Source: Octopus sinensis | Taxonomy: Eukaryota | Direction of reading: 5' to 3' | Assembly (NCBI RefSeq): GCF_006345805.1 | Contig: NC_043010.1 | Span: forward strand, 27,714,001 to 27,778,000 | DNA: 64,000 nt | Shown here: positions 25,231-38,411 of the stretch, piece by piece | Layout: every line of letters begins with the position of its first letter | Numbering within the stretch: position 1 is the stretch's first letter | Program-made: the position numbers and the translations under genes | Notes under the pieces: model-generated | Database searches by the model: none | Told to the model about the DNA's origin: nothing | Seen by the model: the letters and a program-made list of their open reading frames with translations, nothing else

Positions 25231-27660
25231 ATAATAATAATAAAAACATTGTGTACAGTGCTCAGGTGCACTACAACTCATCTAAAGTGTATGTATAATC
25301 AGATGTAGTTTCGGCGGATTTCGGAAAGCATGAGGACCTTAAAGGATGCGGTGTCATGGCAGTCAACAACTGACGCAGGCAGTTTGTTCCATGCTTCAGC
25401 AACTCTGAGCGTGAAGAAATCTTTCCGAAAGTCATGGGAGCTGTGTTGTTTTCTGACTTCGTAGGCATGTCCACGTGTGTTAGACACATGAAGATCAAAA
25501 AGGTGTTCAGTGTTGTTGTTGGTGAGGTGGTTGATAACTTTGTGGGTGTTTACCAAGTCCATCGCCAGACATCGGACCTTCAGTGAATCCATGCCCAGGG
25601 AAACAAGGCGCTCAGAGTATGGTAGGTGTCTGATGGAGGGTATGCGTTTGGTTGCACGTCTCTGAACAGATTCCAGGAGGTCAATGTTCTGAGCAAGATA
25701 GGGGTTCCAAACTGATGATGCGAATTCCAAGTGTGATCGTACCATAGCTGTATACAGTTTTAAATAGATGGCTGGAGAGTGGCTAACAAAAGTCTTGCTG
25801 AGTGATGCCAAGACACCCTCGGCCTTCTTGACAATTTTAGAGATATGCTTTGTCCAACGCAAATCACTGCTGACAGTGATGCCTAGGTCACGCTCACAAG
25901 AGGATTTCTTGATATCAGTGTTGTTGGGGGAGTATGTGGACACAGGATTTTTTCTCCCGAGATGCATGGTGGTACACATGTCCACAGCCAGTTTCAGTTG
26001 CCAGTCTGTGATCCATTGCTGCATTGTGTCCAGGTCTGATTGCAGGAAAGAGCTGTAGACAACAGGATCTGTCCTCTTGATTTCAAGGTACTGCTTGATG
26101 TCGTCTGCATATTTCAATAGTGTGGCATTCTTTAAATTGGCATCTATGTCATTAATGTATGCCACAAACAAGAGGGGACCAAGGACAGATCCCTGTGGTA
26201 CACCCGATGACATCTCATATGGTGTAGAATGCTCTCCTAGAACTGTGACTACCTCCTTTCGGCTGAGAATGAAGGATTTCAACCAATTAAAAAGATCATC
26301 CCTCACACCCATTGCAGAGAGTTTCACCATAAGCCTTTTGTGTGGCACAGATTTGAAAGCCTTAGCAAAGTCAAGGTAGACATCATCCACTGTCAATGAT
26401 CTGAGTAATGTCCTCAAGGAACTCAACAAGTTGATCACTGCAGCTGGAGTTAGGAACAAATCCATATTGTGAGGGTCGGATGAGACTGTGAGAGCTCCAG
26501 AAGTTCCAAAGTGTTTCTCTGACACACGATTCCATCAGTTTTGCAATACAGCTAGTGAGACTGACTGGGCGATAGTTGACAGGTGATGTGCGGTCACCCT
26601 TTTTGAACAGAGGAATGACACTGGCAGTTTTCCACTGCTCCGGAGTAGCACCATTGTTGAGACAGTACTGGAAAAAAATAGAAAGCTGGTGTAAAAGGAA
26701 GTACCTGCCACGTTTGAGAAGCAGGTATGTAACTCCATCAAGACCAGGGGAGGCATAGTTGCGCTTATTTTGAAGGTGACGTTGCAGCATTGCAGGTGTA
26801 AATTTCATAGTTGTTATGGAATTTGCTGTTAGAGATGGTGAAGATGGTACATTTTGACTTTCAACAGTGAATATGTTTGCATAGCACTCGGCAATGAGTT
26901 CTGCGCATTCCTTGGGATCATCAGTGATCTGGTTTGTGTGAGGGTTGCGAAGAGTGAGGTCTCTGCTTTGAATGCACATATTTCCAGAAAACCTTGCTTT
27001 CAGGATTGGCTGCTATGCACTGTTCAAATTCAAGCACTGCTTTTTTTGTCACTTGCTTGAGATGGTTGGAAGATTTATTCCGCTTTTTCTTGTTGGTGTC
27101 TGACTTATGCAACTTGTATTCCCGTTCAGCAGTCCGACGTTCCTTCCTGGCAAGTCGGACCGCTGAAGTTTCCCAAATTGCACTTTTGGGGTGGTTCTTC
27201 TTTTTCTGTTTACGTGGCACTGATGCTGCACATGCTGCCCATATTGAGTCCAGGATACTCTGGAGTATAGTATTCACATCTCCAGAGTTGTAGAATTCAT
27301 GCCAGTTTGGGTGCTGTAATTCAGTGTGGTACAGGTTCCAATCTGCTCTCTTCCAATCGAAGGAAGCAGATTGGAGATGGTTCAGGTTTTTGTTGTTGCC
27401 CGCAAGAGCCAGATTGGCGATGATCATAGCATGATCGGAGTCGCCTAGAGGTTCCTCCGTAGAACAATTGATAACCGCTTCAGGAGTTGTGGTGAAGAGC
27501 AGGTCCAAAGTGTTGTCGCCTCTTGTTGGAGAGGTGACTACTTGTGACCAGTTTGAGTCCAGCACAAGCTCAATGAAATCGTTTGCACTCTGTGGCCAAT
27601 GGAAGGTTTCCCAGTTGATCTCAAGATGATTGAAATCGCCTGCAATAAAAATGTTAAAAT
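25231..27660 (-). mobile_element. 5'-truncated CR1-clade LINE (APE C-terminus plus RT), frameshifted
   Basis: GDFN, TRG.NTLDL, LGDSDH (APE); NYRPVSLTS, YLDFAKAF, GVPQGSVLGP, YADD (RT); NTRGH..FFTLRVAEAWNKLP C-terminus; (ATT)n 3' tail at ~25231-25245. Confidence 0.93.
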
Positions 27661-29303
27661 CTGCCAGAACATATTGAGAATGAATAGTAACATTATTGTT
27701 TAATCCGTTTCTCTGATATTCATTTTTAACATTTAACCATGTATTGCTGTATTTTTGCAAGGTTTTTTTTTTATTCTCTAGAGTTTTGTTTTTTTTTTTC
27801 TTTTATAATCAAAGCTGTCTTAGTGGGAGAAAATGTCTGCTGATGATTATTTGACTAGATCAATTATTCAGTCATTTAATTGATGAATTAATTGTAGCTA
27901 AGGCTTTGGAGATGAAAAACCAGAGTGATATATCTATTTCCTCTGTATGTACTTGACATCTGACTTTGATCCATTCATTTTACCATGACATCACGTGAAC
28001 AAAATATAAATCTTACCTGAAGAATGGTCATCAAACACTGAACATTTGCCAAATGTTCATCTCAAAATACCTTCAGCAACTTAAAGTAAAGCCTGTTAAG
28101 TACATAGCCACGTTTGCAGAAGGATGGCTGTGGGGTTAAGAAGCTTGCATTTCAACCACATGATTCCAGGTTCAATCCAACTGTGTGGCACCTTGGGCAA
28201 GTGTCTTCTACTATAGCCTCAGATCAACCAAAGCCTTGTGAGTGGATTTAAGAAATGGAAACTGAAAGAAACCTGTGTGTGTGTATGTGTGTACCTGGCA
28301 TTGACATCACCTGATGGCCATGAAACAAGCATTACTATCATACAAGCTATGTTCTTCATCCAGTCTTCTGTGGAAAACATGCCTGGTGGCCCTGGGGGAA
28401 AATAAAATCTGCCCATCGAAAATCGGCCTCCAGAAACTTTGTCTGACTCATGTAGGCAAAGGAAAGTGAGCATTGAAATGATTATGGGAATGACATATAT
28501 ATGTATATGTATTTATATGCATTCTCTTTTCTTTTTGTTTCAGTCATTTGACTGCGGCCATAAAGGAGCACTGCCATTAGTTGATCAAATCAACCCCAGA
28601 GCTTATTCTTTGTAAGCCTAGTACTTAGTCTATCGGTCTCTTGCTGAGCCACTAAGTTAGGGGAACATGGACACACAAACGGGCTTCTTTCAGTTTCCAT
28701 CTACCATATCCACTCACAAGACTTTGGTTGGCCCAAGGCTATAGCAGAAGACACTTGCCCAAGGTGCCATGCAGTAGGACTGAACCCAGACCATGTGGTT
28801 GGTAAGTAAGCTACTTACCACACAGCCACTCCTGTATAATATATATATATATATAAATAAATAAAACCAAAGAACTGCTGTGGTTTTGAACTCCTGGCCT
28901 TTAATATTGTAATTCAGTACCTTATTTACTGCCATTTTGTTGTTACATTTAGTAATGGAGGTTGGTTTTCCACCACATTTCTTAAAATTGTGGTAGGGGC
29001 CTTGGTCTCGAGACCACTCATGTCTAGAAACTAAGGTTGCAGGTAAGCAAGGGCATGTTCCCCGTAGAAAATTCAGCTCCAAAAAAGCCTCATGATAGCA
29101 AAGGAGAATGGGCACCAGTCAGCCCAAATGTTGGGGGTGTGCTGCACTAGCCTACATCAGTTGCTATGGTATTGAGGGCAAAACCCGGATTTAAAACACT
29201 GGATGATGATGATAATAGAGGTGTTGGTAGGGTGCAATTGTAATGACCACATCCTTGGTTATTGTTTTTAATATCTTGTTTCTCTTGTCTCTTTCCCCAT
29301 TAG

Positions 29304-29471
29304 ATTTAACGATCGGTTGTACATAGTCCGTTTACAGTTCCTACCTCAATGCAAATACCAAGACCAGTTGGCAACAAATCCAGACGATATCCTTCGCCAC
29401 GTGGAATTGAAATACATCACTGGTTTGCTGAAATCCATCAAATCAACAATCAAGTTCACACAGGCCTCGTT
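29304..29471 (+). CDS. POLR1A: POLR1A exon 12 (jaw)
   Basis: cattag|...|gtgagt; FNDRLYIVRLQFLP...ILRHVELKYITGLLKSIK; phase 2/2. Confidence 0.85.
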
Positions 29472-30265
29472 GTGAGTATTTGCTTTTCATATCTGTAATA
29501 AAACTGTTTAGTTTGGTCTGGTTGAAACCCAGACTGGTTCTGACTCACTTGATCCAGTATCAAGGACATTCTAGCCAGCCATGAACGGTGAAAGTCAACA
29601 AACTAAACTTGCTTTAGAAGTGTTGAGATGTATTGAAAGACACAGAAATAATTTATTCTCAAACGTATGATAATGCTAATACAATAGCATGAACTGGATA
29701 AACTATGCATATATTGAAGAAAAAATCGTTACCAGCCAGCCATGAGGCTATAATTATAGTTTATCCTGTTCATGCTGTTGTATAAGCATTATCATGCGTT
29801 TGAGAAAAAATTATTTCTGTGTCTTTTATAATTTTTATTCAAACACGGTGTAGCTGTGTGCTTAAGAAGCTTGCTTGTCAGACGTATGGTTTTGGGTTCA
29901 GTCCCTCAGCCCTCAGCATGGCACTTTGGGTGTGTGTGTTCTCTTGTAGCCCCAGCGTGTGGATTTCATAAATGAAAATCAGAGAAAAAAAAACAAAACC
30001 ACACACACACACACATATTTGTGTGTGGTGATGTTCCATCGTTGTAGGTTTTCTACAGCTGGATACCCTTCCTGTTGCCAACCCTCACTTGTTTCCAAGC
30101 AAAGAAATATTTCTTCATCATCATACATGTTTCCCTGGAAGACTGGAAATGAATGACAGTGCCACTCATTTACAACTCTCATGCAATACCAAGACAAAGA
30201 GGCACAAACATACACATTCTTTCTCACCACCCACCCACCCATATACACAAACACACATACATATA

Positions 30266-31077
30266 TGAGGTCAGATCAATAAGTATCTGGACTGTTGCCA
30301 TAGTAACAAAGATTGACGTTCATCTCTGTTGTGCATGCATACTAAGTTTTAACGTTCTAGCTCTCTTCTGCTATTTACAGCAGTGCTTGTAACGAACATG
30401 TGTAGCATGTGATCACCGCATTGACCATGACAGAGAAAGTTGTCATGGCAGTACCTGTTCAGAGGCAATGTTGCAGAAAGTGTGTGGGCAACACACAAGT
30501 GTAAGAATGGTTCAGACGTTTTCAAGACGGCCACAAAAATATCGATATTGATGAATGTTCAGGGAGTCCCGCAACCAGCAGAACTGAGAGAAACATGGCA
30601 AATGTGCAGCTCGAAGAGAAAACCGTAGAATCACCATCCATGTGTTATCAGAGGATGTGCAGATTAGTTACGGTTCAGTCCAGTAGATTATCACTGAAGA
30701 TTTAGGTATAAGACACTTGTCTGCCAAGTTTATGCCAAAACTGCTTTCAGCTGACCAAAAAGCACTCAGGTTTCAGTTGCACAAGATCTTGATTGTGTCA
30801 AGAATGATAGACTCTCTGAGCAGGTGTGGCCAAACTTTTGGCAAAATTTGATGCAGATTCTCTGCTTAACTTTCTCTGTCGTGGTCAATGCGATAATCAC
30901 ACACCACACACCTTCCTTCCAAGCACTGTTGTAAACAGCGGAAGTGAGCTAGAACGTCAAAATTTAGTACGCATGCACATCAGAGATCAAGGTCAATCTA
31001 TGCAGAACGGCTTCAGCTCTGCAGGCTTTAGCTTTGCTACTCTGGCAAAAGACCAGATACTTATTGATCGGATCATG
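30266..31077. mobile_element. Mariner-derived fold-back element with two 5' ends
   Basis: TA-flanked TIR (GATCAATAAGTATCTGG); ~175-bp inverted arms that each reach the transposase start (MTEKV / (T)TEKVKQRICIKFCQK); internal WFRRF..DE.SG.PATS on +. Confidence 0.82.
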
Positions 31078-31079
31078 TA

Positions 31080-31114
<35 letters not shown>

Positions 31115-31441
31115 GAACTGTATTATATAACTAATATTATACCATTTATATATTTTTAAAAAAACACATCGATCTCTATGGATCTTTTAATTGAAACTCT
31201 TAACTGCTCTTAATTTTCGTATAAAAAATATTTCATCAGTTCTCTTTTTCTCACACTTCCCTCCATGTGTCGATATGTATTAATATATGTATGTGCATTT
31301 TAAATCAAATTTATAACTGTATGAATATGATTGTCTAATTTGAGTTTATATCTTAATTCTTATCTTTTGTCTCAGTGCTTTTGTCCCGAGCACTTCTTAA
31401 GCAGTTCTATATTTTTCATAAGAAAGAACAATAACATTATA

Positions 31442-31472
<31 letters not shown>

Positions 31473-33343
31473 CACCATGATCACGTGACCAACCAGGCTA
31501 TCAGATGTTGCGACACATCACTGGTCACAATGCGCTTTGCATTGTTTTAGCCTTCAAATGACGCCACCCCGCTGGCTAAGCGAGCAGGCCAACAGAAGAA
31601 AGAGTGAGAGAAAGTTGTGGTGAAAGAGTACAGCAGGGATCGCCACCACGCCCTGCCGGAGCTTCGTGGAGCTTTAGTTGTTTTCGCTCAATAAGCACTC
31701 ACAACGCCTGATCTGGGAATCAAAACCATGCTCCTACAGCTGTAAGTCCGCTGCCCTATCCACTGGGCCATTGCCCCTCCACTATAGATATATATTTTGA
31801 GAAATTTATCGCTTTCCTCTTCGGAGATTATCCAAAATTTTAACTTCCTACTTTTTCTTGATATATAAAATCTGTACACCACTTCAAACAGTCTATACAC
31901 GTCTGTATGTGTGTATATATGCAGTGTGTTTCTTTTAGTTTCTATTCACCATATTCACTCTCAAGGCTTTGAGTTGGCTCTGAGCTAAAATAGAATACAT
32001 TTGGCCACAATGCCATGCAGTGATGCTCAATCAGAAACCATATTGTTACAAAGTAAAGTTCTCGACCATATACCCATGCCTGCACCGATACACAGATGTA
32101 TGTATGTGCATCTAAGTGTTAATGAACTGAAGACCATCATTAACACTTTGGAGACTGAGAACTTTGGAGATATGCTGTGATTGAGAAGACCCAGCAACTA
32201 ACGTGAGATTGCAGCCATGGCCGATGCCAGTGTTGCATGTCCTGCCCATTTAAAAGTACCCTTGATGCGCCGGGCAGTATAATATGCTTGAGAAGACCAA
32301 AATCGCAGCTGTGGCTAGTGCCCCCTGACTGGTTTCCATACTGGTGGCACGTAGAATGCATCATCCGAACATGGTTGATGTCAGTGTCGCTTGACTGGCT
32401 CCCATTCCGGTGGCACGTAAGATGCATCATCCCAACATGGTCAATGCCAGTGCCTCCTGAATGGCTCCCATGCCATTGGCACGTAAAAAGTACCATGCAA
32501 AAGTGATCGATGCCAGGCCCACCTGACTGGCTCCTGTGCTGGTGGCACATAAAAAGCACCCACTACACTCGCGTGGTTGGCGTTAGGAAGAGCATCCAGC
32601 TGTAGAAACATTGCCAGATCAGATTGGAGCCTGGTGCAGCTGCTGGCTTTCCAGACCTCAGTCAAACCGTCCAACACATGCCAGCATGGAAAATGGACGT
32701 TAAACAACGATGATGACTGTATCTGGAAATTTTATCCTAAGACAAATTCACCATATGGACAGTGATTGAGTGTATTATATTTTCATTTTATTTTAATAAA
32801 ATGAAAAAGAATGATTGAAGTTTTTATAAAAGCATTAACCCATAAAGCGTTGAGATTTGCACTTACATAGCATGAACTGTTGAGCATATTTCATGAAAAT
32901 GAGTCTACCATGGACACATAAAAAACAAAAATAATCAAAATATCTTCTTAGTATATAATGGTAGCAAGTTTTACATCATCTGAAGAGTCATTAGTTGAAC
33001 TATTATTCCTCTTGCATTCTGGGGGATATCTGCGTTTGAGTGACATTAGACCCCAACAAACACCTATAAATTAAATGCATCTATCTGGGTCACGATCATG
33101 GTGTCGACCTATGCCTGACAGCCATGATCGTGGCCTGTTGTGCTTTGTGTTAAATAGCTAAATTTTTATTTAACATCAAGCATTAAAAAAAAAAACGTGG
33201 TGCGGTCATTTAAAATGAAATTTCTTATGGTGAATTTTCCTATGACAAATATATGTTTGACAAAATTTATTGTAACCAAAAAATTCATAGGAATTTCCTC
33301 TTAATTCCCTAATGATTTTCTGTTTCTGTTCTGTCCTTCACAG

Positions 33344-33720
33344 ACGGATTCTTCCCAAGGACATTGTTCATACTATAAAAGTTACGCTGACTGATTCGGC
33401 TGAACCATCTGCTAACAAGGAGCAAGATGGAGAAAGTGTTGGGGAGGAGGAAGAGGAGCCTGCTGCCAATGCCGAGAGGGGAGACGAGTCTGAAGACTCC
33501 ACATCCAGTGGAGAAGACGAGATGGATGCAGTTGATGGCAAACAGAAGAAGCAGACAAGTGATGAACATGACTACAATGATGATGATGACGATGATGATG
33601 ACGACGACGACGATGATGATGACGATGATGATGACAATGATGATGATGAGGACAGTGACAGTGAGACGGAAACAAAGAAGGAGAGTAATACGACCGAAAT
33701 TATGGAAGATGAGGACGAAG
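33344..33720 (+). CDS. POLR1A: POLR1A exon 13 (acidic expander/DNA-mimicking loop region)
   Basis: tcacag|...|gtctgt; acidic segment with EDEMDAVDGKQKKQTSDEHDY followed by 19 consecutive Asp; phase 2/1 fits both neighbours. Confidence 0.82.
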
Positions 33721-34315
33721 GTCTGTTTATTCGTTTGTTTGTTTCTCTATTTTTGTTGTTATCATTGTCAATGTTTTAGAAAGATGAGGATTGAACTATC
33801 AAAACACGGGAAACAATACTTATTTCACATTTTTGAATAGATAAGAGTTTAATTTCTGGCGTAGATATTTGTACAGTATGGGTTATGTCACTTGCCTGTG
33901 GAGTGAGGCCGGCTTCTTTACATTTACTTTTTTGTTTTCTTTCCAGGGTCGATAAAATAAAGTACCAGTCAAATACTAGGGTCAATATATTTTGCTGTTC
34001 TCCTCTCAGTAAATTTCTGCCCTTGTCCCTACGTTAGAAACATTTATCTTCAACCTATAATAAGCATTGAACCTGCGGCATGTAGACCCACATTGCAATC
34101 TCACAAGGCACAAGCATAGCTGTATGGTTAAGAAGTTTGCTTGCCAGTCACATAGTTTCAGGTTCAGTCCTGCTGCATGGTACCTTGGGTTAGTGTCTCT
34201 TGCCCCAGGCCAACCTTGTGAGTAGATTTGGTTGGCAGAAACTGAAAAGAAGCCCATCTTGTATGTGTATGTGTGTTTTTGTATCTCCCTGTCTTGACAA
34301 GTGATTATTACAAAT

Positions 34316-34509
34316 CAGGGGTACTCAACCATTTTTTATCTATGGTTGCTATTATATTCCAGTGTGTCTCATTGTAGTCATTTGATGCTTAAAATCTTGG
34401 CACACATAAACTAAGTAAAAAAGGTTTGAGCAGAAAAGTTAGGGTTTAAATAAATCTAAAGCAAAATTTTTTTTTATGGGTCCCCAGTTTGCTAGTTTGA
34501 GAACCACTA
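34316..34509. mobile_element. hAT/Charlie-type MITE; related opposite-orientation copy at 39382-39635
   Basis: CAGGGGTACTCAACC ... TTGAGAACCACT termini; shared end sequence with 39382-39635 (CAGTGATTCTCAAA ... TGGTTTGAGAAC). Confidence 0.55.
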
Positions 34510-35758
34510 TGGTAAATGAACATCACAGACATACAAGGGATGTTGTTTGTTTCCACTCTTCCAGGAAAGCATGTCTGGCCACAGGAAATATTACTTTGCT
34601 TGGAAACGGTAAGGGCATCAGGCTGTAGAAGAATCTGCCTCAATGAATTCCATCCGATTCATGCTAGCATGGAATTGTCTACGTTAAAAGAAACTATGAA
34701 AGGGAATTCATCAATTTTAATAAGCACATGTACACCATGATTTACTTTATTTCCACAACCTGTATTGGGAAGCAGGTGTTCTTTTTATTTTCATTATATT
34801 TATGTTTACAGTTAATTTATTTTGATACATTGTTAGGAAGAGCATTCAGCTGTGGAAACCATGTCGAATCAGATTGAAACCTAGTGCAGCTTGCCAGTTT
34901 TCAGTCAACCCATGGGAAACAGATGTTAAATGATGATAATGACATCCTCATGTTCTGTAGATGTTTCAAAAGAATAAAGAATACACTTTTCTGTCTTGTG
35001 AGAAAACGATTTTTCCATTTGACTACAATTTTTAAAGAATGCTACCCTTATTTAAAGAACAGTACCCTTCATAAGAATAGCCCTGACATCTTGAAGATTT
35101 AGCTTGATGGCTGGTTTGACTCGACACCTTTCGCATCTTGGGTAGCTTTCAAGAAGTTCACTCTGTTGAAAGCATTCAGACCAATTCTCTGGTCTGGAAA
35201 TAACTTCCTCTCTCTTTCTTCCACTGGTCCCGCAGCCCTTATTAAGGACCGTTGGTACTGTGTTCTCTCATCATCATCATTTAACATCTGTTTTCCATGC
35301 TGGCATGGGTTGGACGGTTTGACACAAGCTGGCAAGCCAGAGGGATGCCCTTCCTAACGTCAACAACTTTGCAGAGTGTTTTGGGTGCTTTTTACATGGT
35401 AGCAGCATATGTGTTTTATGCATAACACCAAGATGGGTGCTTTGTATGTGGCGCTTGCACAGGAGTTTTTCACATGGCACCAGCATATGGTATATAGCTG
35501 TAAAACAATGCCTCTATAATACATTCATCTAACCAGTGCTAACGTGGTGAAAGTGGACGTAAAGATGAACAAACTTCACCCCTGAGACTTGGTTCCGAAT
35601 GCATGCAAAGGCCTGTCCTGGTGTTAATCTGAGCAATGAATTAAGTCTCCAACCTAAATGAATTCAAGGAATTCTTGAAGACAAGTGAAAATGAGTGGAG
35701 CAGACAGTGGGAGCCGTGTCTAAGGTAGTTATGAAAAAATGTTCTCCCTTTTGCACAG

Positions 35759-35844
35759 AGTTCAAGAACGAAGAGGTTGTGGAAGAATATTTTTACCTTG
35801 AAGATGACATGAAGAAAACAAAAAGAGAACCAGCAAAAGGAAAA
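35759..35844 (+). CDS. POLR1A: POLR1A exon 14
   Basis: gcacag|...|gtgagt; (E)FKNEEVVEEYFYLEDDMKKTKREPAKGK; poorly conserved region but phase 1/0 restores the frame. Confidence 0.72.
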
Positions 35845-35990
35845 GTGAGTAATTTTTTTTTTTGCAGGGTGGGGTGGGGGAGGTTATTTTTTCCCTTTCT
35901 TTTCTTTTTGTTGTTTAGTCTCAGGTCAACCTCTGCTGTATATTATCTGTTAGATATTAACATTTTGATAATTTTTTAATATCTTTGCAG

Positions 35991-36071
35991 TACCTAGAGT
36001 CATTCAATGAGGCTATATTGTCATATAGTTACGACGAAGAAAAGAGTCTTTGGTGTGAAGTAGTATTCAAG
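35991..36071 (+). CDS. POLR1A: POLR1A exon 15
   Basis: ttgcag|...|gtaaga; YLESFNEAILSYSYDEEKSLWCEVVFK (Y.YD....LWC.V motif). Confidence 0.88.
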
Positions 36072-37160
36072 GTAAGACAGAGCTAGATTGATGCTGACTT
36101 TATTCACCCATTCAAGTAGACTTACCTTTCGTTCACCAGTCTTTAGTCATCAGCAGGAGACTAACATGTATCCCCTTGTATTCACCCCACCCAAGGTATA
36201 TTGGGGGAGTTGGTGGGTAGGAAGTACCAGTTGAATACTGGGGATCAGTGTAATCAACTTACTCCTTACCTCAAAATTGCTGTGATGGTGGTGGTGGTGG
36301 TGGTGGTGGTGGTGGTGGCAGTGGCAGCGGCAGCAGCAGCAAGCAGGCAGAATTGTTATCATGGCTGGCAAAACACTGAGCAGCATTTTGTCCATTTTCC
36401 ATGTTCTGAGTCCGGATTGCACCAGGGTTGACTTTGGTTTTCATCCCTCCAGATAAAACAAGTGCCACTTTAACACTGGAATGGACATAAACACACAAAC
36501 ATTGGTTGTCAAGCAATGGTGGAGTGACAAACACAGACACACAAATACATACATATGGGCTCCTTCCAGTTTCCATCTACCAAATCCACTCACAAGGCTT
36601 TGGTCAGCCTGAGTTTATAGTAGAAGACACTTGCCCAAGGTGCCACGCAGTAGGACTGAACCCGGAACCATGTGGTTGGGAAACAAGCTTCCTACACACA
36701 GCCATCCCCCCTTTTTTTTTTGTCTTGCAAGTTACTTTGTGACCCTGTCAGTGCAAGTGCCACTTAAAAAGCACCCAGTGGATACTATAAAGTGGTTGAT
36801 ATTTGGAAGGGCATCCAGCTGTAAAAACCTTGTCAAAACTGACCTCACTTTTGCTTGTGCCACATAAGCACTAAGTCCATTCTGCTGAGTGATTGGTGTT
36901 AGGAAGGGCATCCAGCTGTAAAAATCCTGCCAAAACAGTCACAGATGTTTTGTGCAGGCTTCTGCCTGGCCAGCTCCTGTCAAACCGTCCCACCTGTGTC
37001 AGCATGGAAGGTGGACATTAAACGATAATGATTATGACAGATGAATGTAGAAAAGTCTGAAATTTTCAAGAATGGAAGAGGAACACAAGTAAGATTGTAT
37101 TGTCTTGTTGAATTTCCTTATTAAACAATGATTAATTGATAATGTTTAATTATGTTACAG

Positions 37161-37313
37161 TTTAATTTAAGATTAACTAAGGTTGATCTGATGACCATCA
37201 TCAAAAACAATGCTGAGACATCCATTATACATAGAGTGCCTGGAATCAAACGTTCCATCTTAACAAGCGTCAAAAATGAACTCCATCTGCAGACGGAAGG
37301 AATTCACATCAGC
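37161..37313 (+). CDS. POLR1A: POLR1A exon 16
   Basis: ttacag|...|gtaagt; FNLRLTKVDLMTII...IHRVPGIKRSIL...LQTEGIHIS (PGI.R and L.TEG motifs). Confidence 0.9.
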
Positions 37314-38300
37314 GTAAGTTTCTATTCTCACTATTGCCTCACAGAAAAAGAGATGGAAGAGGTTCAGTTTGTTTGCTGTAGGAAGCTCTGCTCTCTCTCT
37401 CTCTCTATTTTTGTCTTTCTCTGTAAGTCTCTCTCCCTTGTTCTCTTTCTCTTCTCTTTGTCATTCTCTCTCTCTTTCCCTCTCCACCTTTATTGTTCTC
37501 TTTATTTGTCTTTCTGCTCTTCTCTCTCTCTCTCTTTTACACTCACACACACATTCTCTCTCTCTCTTTTACACTCACACACACACACACACATTCTCTC
37601 TCTCTCTCTCTCTTTTACACTCACACACACACACACACATTCTCTCTCTCATTCACAAGGTCAGGAGTTCAAATCCTATCGTAGCTGATTTAAGGGTCAA
37701 ATGATTAAATTAGTAAACAGTTTCTAATTCTTAAGCAGTAACTCACCACTTCTGCCGTTGTTACAAGGATTGTCTTATTGAGGTTCCCCACCTTATTCAA
37801 AGAAGATGGTCAGATCTTTCCAAGTAGTCTTGTAATTGCCTCTCTGCTTGCTTCTTCCTTACAAACTGATCACCATCAGCATCCAATATGCTGTTTGCCT
37901 TTATTAGTTGATATTTTTATTTGAATAGAAGCTTGCTTTGCATGGCTCCTGTTTCAGTCCTACCTTGAGCAAGTGCCTCCTACCCTAGCCCCAGTGTCTT
38001 GTGAGTAAATTCCATAAATGGATACTGTGTGTGTGTCTTTGTCCTACATCAGTACCACTTGACAACTGGTGTTAGTTTATTTACATCCCCGTAACCTAGC
38101 AGCTTGGCAAAAAGACACTGATAAAATACCAAACCTAAAGCAAAGTATTGGTGTCAGTTTGCTTCTCTAAAACCCTTCTACGGCCAAGTGCTCCTGTATG
38201 GCCACAGCCCAACGACTGAAATAGTAAATGTTTGTGTGTGTTAAAGAGAGATCTTAAATGTACCATTTTACTGGCATTATTATTCTTTCGTCTTTTGCAG

Positions 38301-38411
38301 TACATTCAGCAGTTTCCTAATATTCTTGACATCAATCGCATCTACTGCAACAGTCCAACAATCATGGCACAGGTCTATGGGATAGAAGCTGGGCTAAAGG
38401 TCATCATCAAG
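38301..38411 (+). CDS. POLR1A: POLR1A exon 17
   Basis: ttgcag|...|gtgagt; YIQQFPNILDINRIYCNSPTIMAQVYGIEAGLKVIIK (LD..R.Y.N...YGIEA motif). Confidence 0.92.

Noticed and set aside
35660-35724. Possible extra POLR1A exon ending at aag|gtagtt
   Set aside because: It would leave an intron of about 34 nt, has a weak acceptor, and the frame closes without it.
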